From positions 4,544,001 through 4,608,000 of the forward strand of contig OZ250150.1 of NCBI GenBank assembly GCA_965237675.1: DNA of 64,000 nt, given 5' to 3'. This DNA is from Candidatus Latescibacterota bacterium. GTDB lineage: Bacteria > Latescibacterota > UBA2968 > GCA-2709665. Below are positions 42,281-52,977 of the stretch, one piece after another. Below the pieces are notes generated by a model. The model did not search any database. It had not been told where the DNA came from and worked only from the letters and a program-made list of their open reading frames with translations. Every line of letters begins with the position of its first letter. The stretch's first letter is position 1. The position numbers and the translations under genes are program-made.

Positions 42281-42988
42281 ATGTCACTCACACCCGAGCA
42301 GGTACACCTGTTTCGCCACAACGGCTTCCTCAAATTGGAAAACCGGCTTCCGGGGGAACAGGTTGAAAAGCTCAAGAAGACGATCTTGAGGAACTTCCGC
42401 GAAGAGGTGCAACCGGTCGTGCGTGACAGGGAAGGACGTGTCGTGCGCATCTCGGACGTCGTGGGCAGAGACCCCGTTTTCCTCGAAACCGCCTCCAGCC
42501 CCCTGGTCCTGGATCCCCTAGAATCCCTTCTGGGCCCCAACATAGAACTCATCAAAAACCGGCACAACCACGCCACGCTCCGCCTGGCCTCGGAGAACCG
42601 GCCGGAGGGGTTGCACCGGGACGTCCGGCAGTGGTCACGGACCATCTTCACCGTTATCTTCTACCTGCAGGAAACAACGGTGGAAAACGGATGCACCCTG
42701 GTCGTGCCCGGCTCACACCATTTTCCGGGCGTCAAAGGCCGTCTCTACGCCGACGCATCGACTCGAACTCTCCTGGGCCAGGCCCTGCCCGTGCCCATGC
42801 CCGAAGGCGGCATGCTCGTAATCGACAGCATGATTATGCACGGCGTTGGACAGAATCAAACGGACGGCACCCGGATGAGTATGACCGTGGGTTACCACAG
42901 CGTGGACGAAATCGCCGACTTGGAGAATCCCCACCGGATGTTGGTGCGCGGCGAACGACCCTACGACGGCAACGTACCCCGGAAGTAG
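42281..42988 (+). CDS. PhyH-family dioxygenase
   Basis: FRHNGFL, LHRD, TTVENGCTLVVPGSH, MHGVGQN. Confidence 0.87.
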   Translation: MSLTPEQVHLFRHNGFLKLENRLPGEQVEKLKKTILRNFREEVQPVVRDREGRVVRISDVVGRDPVFLETASSPLVLDPLESLLGPNIELIKNRHNHATLRLASENRPEGLHRDVRQWSRTIFTVIFYLQETTVENGCTLVVPGSHHFPGVKGRLYADASTRTLLGQALPVPMPEGGMLVIDSMIMHGVGQNQTDGTRMSMTVGYHSVDEIADLENPHRMLVRGERPYDGNVPRK

Positions 42989-43194
42989 TGCTCTGTCCCA
43001 AAAATATCTAACCATTCGGCCGCCGATTCAACCCGTCTCGCAGCGTTGGTGTCCGTTGAGCTTGTCGAAAAGCGCTCGCCGACCTTACGCAGGTAGCCTG
43101 CGCTCAGGCGCCGGTTCCTGAGCCTGTCGAAGGATGCCAGCCGGGCGACTCGTCGGCCGAATTTAGGCAACCTATTTCCGAGACAGAACACTAG
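42986..43194. mobile_element. MITE-like element, copy 2
   Basis: TIRs TAGTGCTCTGTCCCAAAAATA / TATTTCCGAGACAGAACACTA; the right ~90 bp is near-identical to 36894..36983. Confidence 0.72.
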
Positions 43195-43670
43195 CGTCCC
43201 GTCCTTCTATATTGTTCCAGCAAGCCGGCAATTTGATCGCTAATCGATCACGGTTGGAATAATTCTTATGTTCCCAATGTTTACCCGCCGGTTGCGCCAA
43301 TTCAAGGTGTGGATTGCGATTGGCCCGGGCATTGTGTATCTTGCACCAGGGTATGTAACAACACTTTATCGGATTTCAAGTGGTTTTTTGCGAAAGACCG
43401 AATAACCGTCGGGATACTGGCTGATCCACTCCTGTCGCGGGCGTCGCGGAAACCGAATCCCGAGGCAGCACGCCGCACGCTGTCTGCCCACAGGTATTCA
43501 GATCTTCCCGCGATACGACAGCAGAATCCTGCCAATGTCGATCGAACAACCGATGTCCGGAACTGAGTTGCCACAATTCAGTGGAAATAATTGCAAGATC
43601 TACCCAGCGCAGAATCGTCTCGACGCCGGGTTCAATTGCATTGGCCATTAGTGCAGGGAATGCTCAGTGT

Positions 43671-44009
43671 ATGAATGCGAAAGTTCCAAGAATAACAGAA
43701 CCGCTTTTGGATGAGATCGCAAGAAAAATCATCGATCACTTTAATCCAGATAAAATCATCCTCTTTGGCTCCCATGCTCATGGTGCGCCGAGGAACGATA
43801 GCGATTTGGATCTGCTTGTCATTATGGATACCGAAATGCGTCCGGCAGCGCGAAGTGCCGCGGTTGCTCGCATATGTCGTCCCAAATATGTCGCGATGGA
43901 TATCGTCGTGCGTACACCGGAAGAGATTCATACCCGCTTGCGAAACTTTGATCCATTTCTCGAGGGAATCTTCAAACTTGGACGCACCCTCTACGAATCA
44001 GCCGGGTGA
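43671..44009 (+). CDS. MNT nucleotidyltransferase antitoxin
   Basis: KIILFGSHAHG...SDLDLLVI, DIVVRTPEE. Confidence 0.87.
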   Translation: MNAKVPRITEPLLDEIARKIIDHFNPDKIILFGSHAHGAPRNDSDLDLLVIMDTEMRPAARSAAVARICRPKYVAMDIVVRTPEEIHTRLRNFDPFLEGIFKLGRTLYESAG

Positions 44010-44394
44010 TATACAAGCGTGGGTCTACAAGGCGGAAGAAGACTTTCGCACAGGCACAACGATGGCTCGGAAACGCAGAGAACCTGTTCCCGACAATGTA
44101 TGTTTCTGCGCGCATCAGTGTATTGAAAAGTACCTCAAAGCTTTTCTGGTTTTTCATCGCGTTCATTTTCCGAAAATTCACGATCTTCTGGCACTGTTGG
44201 ATTTCGCTGTGGATATCGATGCCGATCTCGAGATACTGCGTCGTGACCTGAATTTCCTGTACCCATTTGCCGTTGAATTTCGCTATCCCGGGGAAAACGC
44301 CACTGTCGAAGAATCAAAAAAGGCAGCAAGGGTAATGCGGCGCCCGGCGCACTCTGAGGGCGAAGCTGAACCTGGCAGATGTGTGATATCCTGA
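43993..44394 (+). pseudogene. HEPN domain protein with probable ACG start and 3' frameshift
   Basis: WVYKAEED, CFCAHQCIEKYLKA, HDL, EFRYPG. The expected ATG position reads ACG; another frame gives the ending RRTLRAKLNL. Confidence 0.65.
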
Positions 44395-44424
44395 ACGGAG
44401 GTGTTTCCAAATTACTGGGCCCCA

Positions 44425-44790
44425 ACGCCGCCGTTGAGGTCGTCGGCTTCCACCGTCACCGAATTGCTGACTCTCGTCTCGTAGTCGTAGGCCTCCCCCG
44501 CCCTGGTCCGAAGCTGACCGTTGCTTGCGTCGATGGCGAAGGAACCGGCATCGTTCCCGCTAAGACGGTAGGTCAGTTGGTCACGGTCGGCGTCGGTGGC
44601 GCTGACCGAGTGCTATATATTTTGATCGGGCGCCGTACTCTCGGCCACGCTGCGTGACGTGCTCGGTGCGTCGTTGAAGACAGGCGCCTGATTGGGACCC
44701 GGCGGTGGTGGGGGCCGTCGTGGCGGTGTGGGCGGACGACGAGGAGGTCGTAGCGGAGGAGGACCTGACGGCGGCGGACGCGGCGGAGGG
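44425..44790 (-). pseudogene. Cadherin-like domain remnant with Pro-rich linker
   Basis: NQAPVFNDAPSTSRSVAE, then shifted VSATDADRDQLTYRLSGNDAGSFAIDASNGQL...YDYE. Confidence 0.7.
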
Positions 44791-44940
44791 ACGACCCGAA
44801 TTGGATTCCTGCGGAACAAAGGATGTGAATGGCATTGTCCCCCGATGTCGCGTTGGGAGTTGCGATGAGAGATGCAGACGCAACACTATTCGTGAATCTA
44901 ATTCCCAATTCAAAGCAGTCAGCGAACTGGGTGGATCATT

Positions 44941-45834
44941 TCAACGAAATCTGCGCAAGGCGTAGCAGGATGATCGCGGGTGCCTCGGAGAAATGGGTAT
45001 GTGCGGCTTCGCAGAAGGCATGGCCGATGGATTAGTGAACCGCTGCAGGCATTTCCAAGACTGGTTCGTGAGAGGCACGTTCGCGGTACCCGGCGCCCGG
45101 TTGACTGTATCGCCGAAGCTTCTCGCAAAGGTCACGAAATCGTCGAATCCGATGCCACCGTCCCCGTTCAAGTCGTATTTCGCCTCGTACTTTTCTTCGC
45201 CCTCTCGATGCCCGAACGCGCGGGCAAACAGCACGAAGTCCGCAAAACCAACGAGCCCGCTCCCGTCAAAGTCCGCGGACGGAAGTGCGGCAAGCTGCAG
45301 GGCGACACCGAGCGCCGGGGTCAAGACCTCGGTCCGTCCGCCCCTGGACAGTTCAGCGCGCAGCAGCCGGATCTCCGTTTCCGAAAACGCTTCGGATGCG
45401 CGAAAACGCACCGTGCCGACCAGGCCCGTGTTCATGGTTGCCGATCCGCTCAACGCAGCGACGTCGATCCTGACAGACGTGGAATCCTGCATCACAGGCA
45501 CATGGGCGCCGGGCAGCACGTCGCCAGCGACGAATCCCTCGTAGACCAGCTGGGCGGCCTCATATCCGAAGCGCACGGAAATACTGTTCGCGCCTTTTGT
45601 ATCCGAGCCGAAGAATTGAATGGTGACAGGCCCATCGGCAGGAACGTCGAGGGAAGACAGGGCCTGATCGCCGTCGGATTCGTCCAGGTCCAGAGCGAGG
45701 GAAAAAGCGCCGGGTTGCGAGGATGGCGACAACGGGAAAATGAATAGTGCCACGCACACCAGGCACACGGTGCCGAAGGCGAGGGGGAATCTAATAGAGG
45801 AAAGTATCATCATCCAAAATTGGTTTGGAGTCAA
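44941..45834 (-). CDS. Cohesin-like + dockerin/EF-hand secreted protein, probably C-terminally truncated
   Basis: DFDGSGLVGFADFVLFARAFG and DLNGDGGIGFDDFVTFARSFG; sequence degenerates after VNRAP. Confidence 0.7.
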   Translation of the reverse strand: MTPNQFWMMILSSIRFPLAFGTVCLVCVALFIFPLSPSSQPGAFSLALDLDESDGDQALSSLDVPADGPVTIQFFGSDTKGANSISVRFGYEAAQLVYEGFVAGDVLPGAHVPVMQDSTSVRIDVAALSGSATMNTGLVGTVRFRASEAFSETEIRLLRAELSRGGRTEVLTPALGVALQLAALPSADFDGSGLVGFADFVLFARAFGHREGEEKYEAKYDLNGDGGIGFDDFVTFARSFGDTVNRAPGTANVPLTNQSWKCLQRFTNPSAMPSAKPHIPISPRHPRSSCYALRRFR

Positions 45835-46117
45835 CTTACGGGTCCATAACAGGATACCTGGTCAGGTTGGCGAGCAAAACGAGCTTGCGAGCGTCAAAAT
45901 CGACAATCACTCTTCGGGAGACAGCCACCACGCCTGCGAAAAGGAAGATCTAACCATGACGTCCTGTGGAGCTATCACAATTGAAACTCCATGAGCGGAC
46001 TTTCTCCTGAAGACAATCTTTTTGAGCGCAAGCCGGATGTTTGACCGCTGACCGTTACATCGGCTTGTCGCGCTTCCTCCGGGAGCGATGGGATTGGCCG
46101 TCGCCGGACGCCGAAGT

Positions 46118-47128
46118 TCAGTTAGCTATGAGTTCTCTTACGATCCTTCCGGTTTTTCCGGTGAGCCTTCCGATTTGGATCTGAATGACGCCCTCATCGT
46201 CCACGTACCGTGTCTCCACCATCACCGGGGCGGAAACGTGCAGGGCGAGAGGATTCGTAACTTCCACAATGCGATCGAATGGCTGGTTATTCCCGTCAAC
46301 CTGGAAATTTGAAAAGGAAACGGTGAAACCAGGGACATCCCTTGCGGAAATGGTCCCGCCGTGGCCATAAATCTCAATGAATATCGTATTCAGTGCGCGC
46401 AATGAGAGCGTTCTTCCAGGAAATGCAAGTGCGCCGACGACGGTCGTTTCATCCGTACTCAGATCAGTCGCTTCCATACGTACCCAGGTATGCACATAAC
46501 GTCCCCAGCTGTACGCGACATCATCGGCAGTATAGTTCGCGGGAAGCGGCGCTCCCTCCACAACGTCCGACTTGACCAGACAGAGGCGATAGGAACCCTT
46601 CGTCCATCTGAAGTCGTTGCGCACGCTGATGAAGTCTCCCTCGTAACCCGCGCTCCTGATAAGGCCGCCCGGCGCCTGCCGGATCGCATCCGGATCCCGC
46701 TCTTCCCATCGAGAGAAAATCGCGCCCCGGTTCCTTCTAACGAAGGATATTCGGGCCTGGTCACGGTCTGGATAGCCGTCGATTCGCGTCTGTATGCCTC
46801 CGTAGCAGCGTATGCGGTTGATCCGCTGGTTAAACGGGGATATATACACGTTGATATCGTCGGCCACGTTCCCCGTGATGCTGAACGTGGCACAATAGGA
46901 CTGAATGTCGTTCGGTTCATTCGTGGCGTACAAGTGCACGTTCACCAGGTGCCAGGGCGTATGTATCCGCGTATCCGGCGGAAGGTCAACGGGTTCGGAT
47001 TCCGTCCCGCGTTCGCCGTCACAGCCCCACATGAGACTTGTCGAAAGTGCAACCACGAAAGTGAAGCGTTGTCCCACCACGACAGATGCAAAACGCATAA
47101 GAGTGCGGTATGAAAGATGGTGTCTCAT
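46118..47128 (-). CDS. Hypothetical lipoprotein-like protein
   Basis: Long ORF; LMWGC lipobox-like site; beta-rich sequence. Confidence 0.6.
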   Translation of the reverse strand: MRHHLSYRTLMRFASVVVGQRFTFVVALSTSLMWGCDGERGTESEPVDLPPDTRIHTPWHLVNVHLYATNEPNDIQSYCATFSITGNVADDINVYISPFNQRINRIRCYGGIQTRIDGYPDRDQARISFVRRNRGAIFSRWEERDPDAIRQAPGGLIRSAGYEGDFISVRNDFRWTKGSYRLCLVKSDVVEGAPLPANYTADDVAYSWGRYVHTWVRMEATDLSTDETTVVGALAFPGRTLSLRALNTIFIEIYGHGGTISARDVPGFTVSFSNFQVDGNNQPFDRIVEVTNPLALHVSAPVMVETRYVDDEGVIQIQIGRLTGKTGRIVRELIAN

Positions 47129-47275
47129 AAGATCAAACCACCACCGAAAAACCGGCGGAAAAGCGCCTGGGAATGTGGCTTTCGGTACTTAATCGTGGCG
47201 GACAGAGAATCGCCAGCATTGGACTAAGCCATTGCTGGCGTATTCGCTATCAGATGGACTGCCGAGCCACCGGAC

Positions 47276-48040
47276 TCAGGTCTTTCTGCCTGCGATCAAC
47301 AGCTTTTGGGGCAGCCCCTGCAGCGGTGCCCCCTCCCACTCCTCGGCCTTATCCCCGATCTCCTCGAACCTGATCAGGTCAATGCCCTGTTCGATGACCG
47401 CGTTGAGATACTCTGAAACCGTCCAGTGGAATTCATACTGCACCATGTCATCCGGCGCTTCAGCGCGGATGTCCTCGGCGACCTCGTATTCATGCGGACC
47501 GTTGTCGAGGTAGCTGTGCCCGAGGTCCAGCGATCCGTTCGAATCCTTCCAGATCCTTCGGAACGGATGGTACTCGTTGATGAGAAACATACCTCCAGTT
47601 CGTAGAATACGGACAGCTTCACGGTAATAGGTTCGCAGATCACTGACCCACACGGCCACGTGGCCGCCCGTGTAAACGATGTCAAAGCCGTCGCTCTTCA
47701 GGCAACTCAGATCGGTGATGTCGGTTTCCACGAATTCCATACTGAGATCCAGTTCATCGGCGCGTTTCCGCGCGACCTCCAACTGTTCGGCTGAAATATC
47801 CACTGAGGTGACCCGCGCGCCCATTCCCGCGAAAGCGAATACCGCGAGGTTGTCGCCACTGCCCAAAACACAGACGTCCCGGCCTTCCACGGATCCGATC
47901 AGATCCAGTTCCTGCCGGAGGAAGACTTGCTCCGGCTGCCGGTGGGCAATACGCCACGTGCCGCGTCTATCGTGGCTTGCCGCCCACTCGGCCGCGCCCA
48001 GGTTCCAGCGGTCCCTGTTCGCGCGGTGATATTTGTTCAT
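47276..48040 (-). CDS. Class I SAM-dependent methyltransferase
   Basis: VCVLGSGD, VDIS, FDIVY, RILRTGG, EYHPF. Confidence 0.87.
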   Translation of the reverse strand: MNKYHRANRDRWNLGAAEWAASHDRRGTWRIAHRQPEQVFLRQELDLIGSVEGRDVCVLGSGDNLAVFAFAGMGARVTSVDISAEQLEVARKRADELDLSMEFVETDITDLSCLKSDGFDIVYTGGHVAVWVSDLRTYYREAVRILRTGGMFLINEYHPFRRIWKDSNGSLDLGHSYLDNGPHEYEVAEDIRAEAPDDMVQYEFHWTVSEYLNAVIEQGIDLIRFEEIGDKAEEWEGAPLQGLPQKLLIAGRKT

Positions 48041-48125
48041 ATTTCACCTTTCGGCGATAAATCACAATTTACTTCAATTCACGGTTCTACCACGCCGGCC
48101 GCGCTCAGCCGCCGACCCTCCGTAC

Positions 48126-50201
48126 TCATTGCGCGTTGTCCAGGACCGCGACGTAGGCGTCGTACAGGCTCTGGACCTTCTCGACGTAGTGCACGGGCTG
48201 GCCGCCGCGACAGTAGCCGTATCGCGCCCGTTCGTAGTAGGCCGGCTGGGAAAGCAGACGCATCGCCTCTTCCACGTGGCCGAACCAGCGGTTGGGGTCC
48301 CGTCCCATCTCGCGCGCCAGGCGGCGGGCATCCAGCAGATGTCCGTAGCCGACGTTGTAGGATGCCAGGGCAAAGCGAATCCGCGACTGCATGGGGATCT
48401 CCAGATCGAAGCGCCGGATGAGCTGATGCATGTACTTGGTACCGGCGTGAATGCCCTGTTCGGGATCCTCCAGTTCAGTAAATCCGAGTTGCAACCCAGT
48501 TTTCGGCATTACCTGCATCAGGCCCTTTGCGCCCACCCAACTGACGGCGGCGGGATTGAATTTCGATTCCTGGTACATCTGCGCGGTAATCAGGCGCCAG
48601 TCCTGGCCGTACATTCGAGAGTACTTCTTGGCAAGGTCGTCGTACGGCGACAACTGTCCGCTCAAGTCGACCCGCATTGAATCCTTGGCCCTGGCAATGC
48701 CTCGGCTGTTCTCGAAATACCTTTTCTTCATCATGTTAAAGTAAAGACCGCCCTTTTCGCGCCTGATGTACTGGTTGAGCGATGCCAGCAGCGCCGGATT
48801 GCCCTTGCGAACGGCCCAGCCCAAATTCGTGGATTTGATTCCGAAGGCGGCTTTGAGCCGGCGGCCGTACGAGCGTTCCACGTCGAGCAGGTTGGAATCG
48901 GCAAGCGTAAGGTCGTATAGTTCGGATTCCACCCCGGCAAGTATCTCTTCGGTCTCGATGTCATCGGGCAGTTTGACAATCCGGAGGCCTTTCACGGAAT
49001 CCTGCAACGCCGTCAGGGTCGTATAGAAGGAGGAGCTCCCACGCACGTGCAGGGTCCGTCCGGCAAGATCCCGCAAGCTGGAAATCGAATTGTCATCCGC
49101 GCGCACGACCACGACCTCGTCCACTTCGTTATACGGCCTCGTAAAATCCACCTCAGCCTGTCGTTCGGGGGTTATGGTCATCGCCGCCGCCACCACGTCC
49201 CCCTTGCCTTCTTTGAGATGCGACAACAGTTCGGCATGTGATTTCGGGATAACGATCTCCAGGCGCAGGCCCTGTTCCGAGGCGAACTTTTTCATCAGTT
49301 CGTACTCGAAGCCCACCTGCAGGCCCCGGTGAATGAAATAGGTCATCGCGTTGTTGCGCGTGATCATCCGCAAGCGGCCCCGCTCGATCAGCCTCGGGAG
49401 ATCGTCGGTGAATTCGTGTTGCCGCTCGCGAGAAAAGTGCTGGGCCAGGAGGAATTCATCCACTTTGGTTTTCAGCTGCGTATCTCCGGGACGCATCATC
49501 AACCCGAGCGGGCGGTCCACGGCCAGTACGAGCGGCGTTTTCAAATTGTCAAAATAGCGCGACAGGGCTTGCCAAAGATGGGAGTCGGATACGGTGGCCT
49601 CGTATTCGCCCCGGGCGACCCCGTCCAGCAATGCTTCGATGTTCAGCGTTTCCGGGACGCGGCGGATCCGCAGCGACGGAACTTTTTTCTGGAGTTCGAT
49701 AAGGGTCCGGTGGTAGGAACTGGACTTCCGCACGCAAATCTCCATACCAGCGAGGTCCGCGATCGTTTCGGGCGTTTTGCCGCCCGATTTCGTGATCAGG
49801 TATTCGTCTACGTACATATAAGGGACGGAGAAAGCAGCTCGCTCCTGGCGTTCGGGCGTGATGGTCAGGCTGGCCACCACGATGTCGCCGTCGCCCTCGA
49901 GCAACTTTCCCATTATTTTGGAGAAATCTCCGACCTGGACGAGAACCGGGTTCAGATTGAGGGCTTCCGCAAGCTCCCGGGCGATATCGTAGGTGAGCGT
50001 CACCTGTTGCCCGCGTCGGGGCATATACGCGATCGGTTCCAGGGGGACGATCGCCCTGAGCACGCCCCGCGACTGCAACCCGGGAAGGTCGCCGGTATAT
50101 TTGGGAGACGGCTTCCGGGCTTTCTCAGGCTGGCTACACTGTAGAAGAACGCACAGTGCGGCCAGTCCGACGGAAACGTGAACGCTGAATCGGTGCATCA
50201 T
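48126..50201 (-). CDS. mltF: MltF-like lytic transglycosylase with two solute-binding domains
   Basis: Two SBP_bac_3 repeats; SLT motifs YQESKF, GLMQV, ASYNVG. Confidence 0.85.
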   Translation of the reverse strand: MMHRFSVHVSVGLAALCVLLQCSQPEKARKPSPKYTGDLPGLQSRGVLRAIVPLEPIAYMPRRGQQVTLTYDIARELAEALNLNPVLVQVGDFSKIMGKLLEGDGDIVVASLTITPERQERAAFSVPYMYVDEYLITKSGGKTPETIADLAGMEICVRKSSSYHRTLIELQKKVPSLRIRRVPETLNIEALLDGVARGEYEATVSDSHLWQALSRYFDNLKTPLVLAVDRPLGLMMRPGDTQLKTKVDEFLLAQHFSRERQHEFTDDLPRLIERGRLRMITRNNAMTYFIHRGLQVGFEYELMKKFASEQGLRLEIVIPKSHAELLSHLKEGKGDVVAAAMTITPERQAEVDFTRPYNEVDEVVVVRADDNSISSLRDLAGRTLHVRGSSSFYTTLTALQDSVKGLRIVKLPDDIETEEILAGVESELYDLTLADSNLLDVERSYGRRLKAAFGIKSTNLGWAVRKGNPALLASLNQYIRREKGGLYFNMMKKRYFENSRGIARAKDSMRVDLSGQLSPYDDLAKKYSRMYGQDWRLITAQMYQESKFNPAAVSWVGAKGLMQVMPKTGLQLGFTELEDPEQGIHAGTKYMHQLIRRFDLEIPMQSRIRFALASYNVGYGHLLDARRLAREMGRDPNRWFGHVEEAMRLLSQPAYYERARYGYCRGGQPVHYVEKVQSLYDAYVAVLDNAQ

Positions 50202-50366
50202 ACGTAACTCCTGATCCCGGACTATGATTAACTATGATTATAGAGATTGACTGTGATTAAACCGCATGAAGAGACTGTAATTGATGCGATTTTGGTTTTG
50301 ACCTTTAAGGATTGATGGCGAAAGGAAGAGATGACATGTACATCGCTTGGCTGAAGCCACGGATGT

Positions 50367-50478
50367 GCGCCTGCGCCCTGAGCCTGTCGAAGGGTCGGCG
50401 CAGGGTAGCGAAGCGCGGGCATTTCGACAAGCTTGCTTCGACAAGCGCGTTTCGACAGGCTCAACGCAAGCAGCACAG
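50367..50478 (-). repeat. REP-like cluster homologous to the MITE interior 36765..36900
   Basis: Reverse strand reads CTTGTCGAAATGCCCGCGCTTCGCTACCCTGCGCCGACCCTTCGACAGGCTCAGGG. Confidence 0.8.
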
Positions 50479-50568
50479 GCAATGACCACGCTTCGGTACG
50501 CGATCTTCCCTCCCCTCCCCCTGCCGGGGAGGGTTCGCCATCCCCTGTGCAACAGCGAACGTCGGTAA

Positions 50569-51211
50569 CTAACCATACATGGACAGATCATCCCAATCCG
50601 CTGTTAATTCCGGGCGGGCCAACGATGCATCGGGGCGCCAGTTCTGCCACCCCTCTGAATAAAGCCCGCCAAGTCCCTCGATTTCCGCAACGGCGCGGTC
50701 TCCCTCTTTCCTCACCGCCCTGCCCTGCCCGGGTGTCATTCGGCCCTGTTTGACGGCAAAGTCGAGTTCATCCCGATCCTTCCACGTCCAGCTTCGGTCC
50801 GGATCTACGACAATATCCAACTGGTGATCCCTGAAATCGAAACCCAGCCGCGTGCGTATCAGTTTGCGTTGAAGGTTTACGTACCACCCATGAAACACGC
50901 CATCGGCCGACCACCGCACCCACGTTGCGCGACAATCGCCGCACCGGACGATGATGAGAAGCTCCGCCCACTGCCAGATCGCATCGGCCAATGCCCGGGA
51001 TCCCTTTACCCAATCCCGTGGTTTGCCGGAGCGATGGGCCGGCAAAACAGGTTTTTTTGGTTGGCGTACCAACGGGAAGCCATAGCACGATTCTTGCATC
51101 GGAATCCTCGACGACGGTCACGGGCTTTACGTCGATGAGTTGATCGTTCTCGTCAAGCTCCCGATAGAGTATGGGTTCCCCACAGAGGAACCTGGATCGC
51201 AACGTCTCCAT
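50569..51211 (-). CDS. DUF402 family protein, frameshifted at a T7/A7 run (~51052-51058)
   Basis: N part PVTVVEDSDARIVLWLPVG; C part GWYVNLQ, DHQLDIVV, WKDRDE. Confidence 0.75.
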
Positions 51212-51307
51212 GGTGAGGACTCCGTTGCTTTGACGCCGAATACACGAAATGACGATGAGTCAATCCGGGAATTCCGCTGAACCGTTGACGAAATACCATC
51301 ATTCGAG

Positions 51308-51883
51308 TTAGCCGTTCCCGGCGAACCACTCCGCGTTCGCGTATAACGCCATGACTGACTTGTGTTTCAAAGCATTCAGAAACCTCACCACGTCGGCTCC
51401 CGACCGCAAGATCACGATGTTTTTGTCGTTCCTGACCCGGTCCAGGTCATGCAGTACGCCCGGCAGGCGGGTCCTGTTGTAGTTCCAGATCCATTCCAGG
51501 AATTCCCGGTCGGGCAACTGCTCCCGGCAGCCGGGATTCAGGTCCGCGCGGCTGCGTCCCAGATTAGTGAGCGCTCTCTTGATTACCCTATACAGACAGG
51601 TGAAACGGGACAGCGCCAGCAGGATTACCGTATCGCTGGCGGCGATCCGCTCGCCCATCGTGCCGCCGTAGTTCCCGTCCAGTATCCAGGCCTCACGACT
51701 GAGAAGGTCAGCGTGCCGGCGCTCCCACTCCTCTGGCGGCGGCTTTTCCCAGTTGGGCCTCCAGTGGACGGCATCGAGGTGAATGACCGGCAGATCCAGC
51801 AGAGGTCCAAGTCTGACCGCCAGCGTGGACTTTCCCGCACCCCCGCAACCGATGATGGAAACCTTGCGCATACAGGTGGTCAT
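51308..51883 (-). CDS. FlaR-like DNA topology modulation / adenylate-kinase-like P-loop protein
   Basis: IIGCGGAGKSTL, HLDAVHW, WILDGNY. Confidence 0.85.
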   Translation of the reverse strand: MTTCMRKVSIIGCGGAGKSTLAVRLGPLLDLPVIHLDAVHWRPNWEKPPPEEWERRHADLLSREAWILDGNYGGTMGERIAASDTVILLALSRFTCLYRVIKRALTNLGRSRADLNPGCREQLPDREFLEWIWNYNRTRLPGVLHDLDRVRNDKNIVILRSGADVVRFLNALKHKSVMALYANAEWFAGNG

Positions 51884-51922
51884 TTAATCGCCTGTCTGGC
51901 TATAGAACCTGAAACACCGTCG

Positions 51923-52876
51923 TCAGAACCGATATACAAAGTCCACGTACGGTAAACCGGGGAAAAATGCTTCCTCCCCTAACGTGTTGATAAGTGCGAG
52001 GTCTACGCTCAATCGCCTGCCGAAAAACCGCAGCCCCAGCGAGACCACGGGATCGTCCACGCCCGGGAAAATCCAGTTCTCCGTAACCAATGCCGTGTGT
52101 TGACTGAAGCGATGCTCTGCGCCAACCATCACCATGGGACGATCCGCCAGGTCTCCGTCTTTAAACCCGTATCCGAGCCCCGCAGTCAGGCTTGCATCGG
52201 GTTCCCCCAACGTCACCACACCATACAATATGCCCACAACGGCGTCACCACCCGGAACACGTACGAGAAGGGCGCCCGTTGAGAGCTGAAACGTACGCTC
52301 CTGTATCAAACCGATTTTTGGCGCGATGAAGAAGAGTTGCTCGTCTATATCCACGGTGGGAAAGATCGAAAACCCGCCTCCCAGTGTAAAACGGTCGGAT
52401 ATGCCTAGAGAAAACCCTGGAAAAAAGAGATAGTAGACCGAAAAATAACCCGTACCCTTTTCCAGCATACGCGCCTTCGGTGCAAAGAACAGCCGCGATT
52501 CGTTGGGATTTTTGAACCAGATCTCGCCATCGTGTACGGAAGTGGCAGGTAATGTCTCGATGTATTTTATCTTTGAAATGGGGATTCGGATGACGCCCAG
52601 GTCCGTCTCGAATTCGATCTCGTCATCGCCAATCCGCACGATGCGTCCGACATTCGACGAGCCATCCGTTGTCTCGATCACCTGCATCGTGCTGGAATCG
52701 GGAATCACCAACCGGGCCGCCACGGATGCGCTATCAAGTCGCGTATACCCCGGACGACCTTCCGCGAAGGCAGTGCCCACGCCTTCCGGAGAAAACACGG
52801 TCCAGACGGATATCAGCGATAGCCACAGCATCCGTAGGCCAATTGCAGGGATATTGATTCGAGGCTTGTTTTCCAT
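51923..52876 (-). CDS. Hypothetical secreted/outer-membrane protein
   Basis: Signal peptide, RLFFAPKARML, beta strands, terminal DFVYRF. Confidence 0.7.
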   Translation of the reverse strand: MENKPRINIPAIGLRMLWLSLISVWTVFSPEGVGTAFAEGRPGYTRLDSASVAARLVIPDSSTMQVIETTDGSSNVGRIVRIGDDEIEFETDLGVIRIPISKIKYIETLPATSVHDGEIWFKNPNESRLFFAPKARMLEKGTGYFSVYYLFFPGFSLGISDRFTLGGGFSIFPTVDIDEQLFFIAPKIGLIQERTFQLSTGALLVRVPGGDAVVGILYGVVTLGEPDASLTAGLGYGFKDGDLADRPMVMVGAEHRFSQHTALVTENWIFPGVDDPVVSLGLRFFGRRLSVDLALINTLGEEAFFPGLPYVDFVYRF

Positions 52877-52977
52877 GTGATGCCATCCTTTCGAAAATTC
52901 CGGCGCCCGTGGGTCGGGTCGAAATCCGCCAGGGGCTGCAGTGGGAGCGGTCGCGTTGGTATAACTACGGGCGTGCG

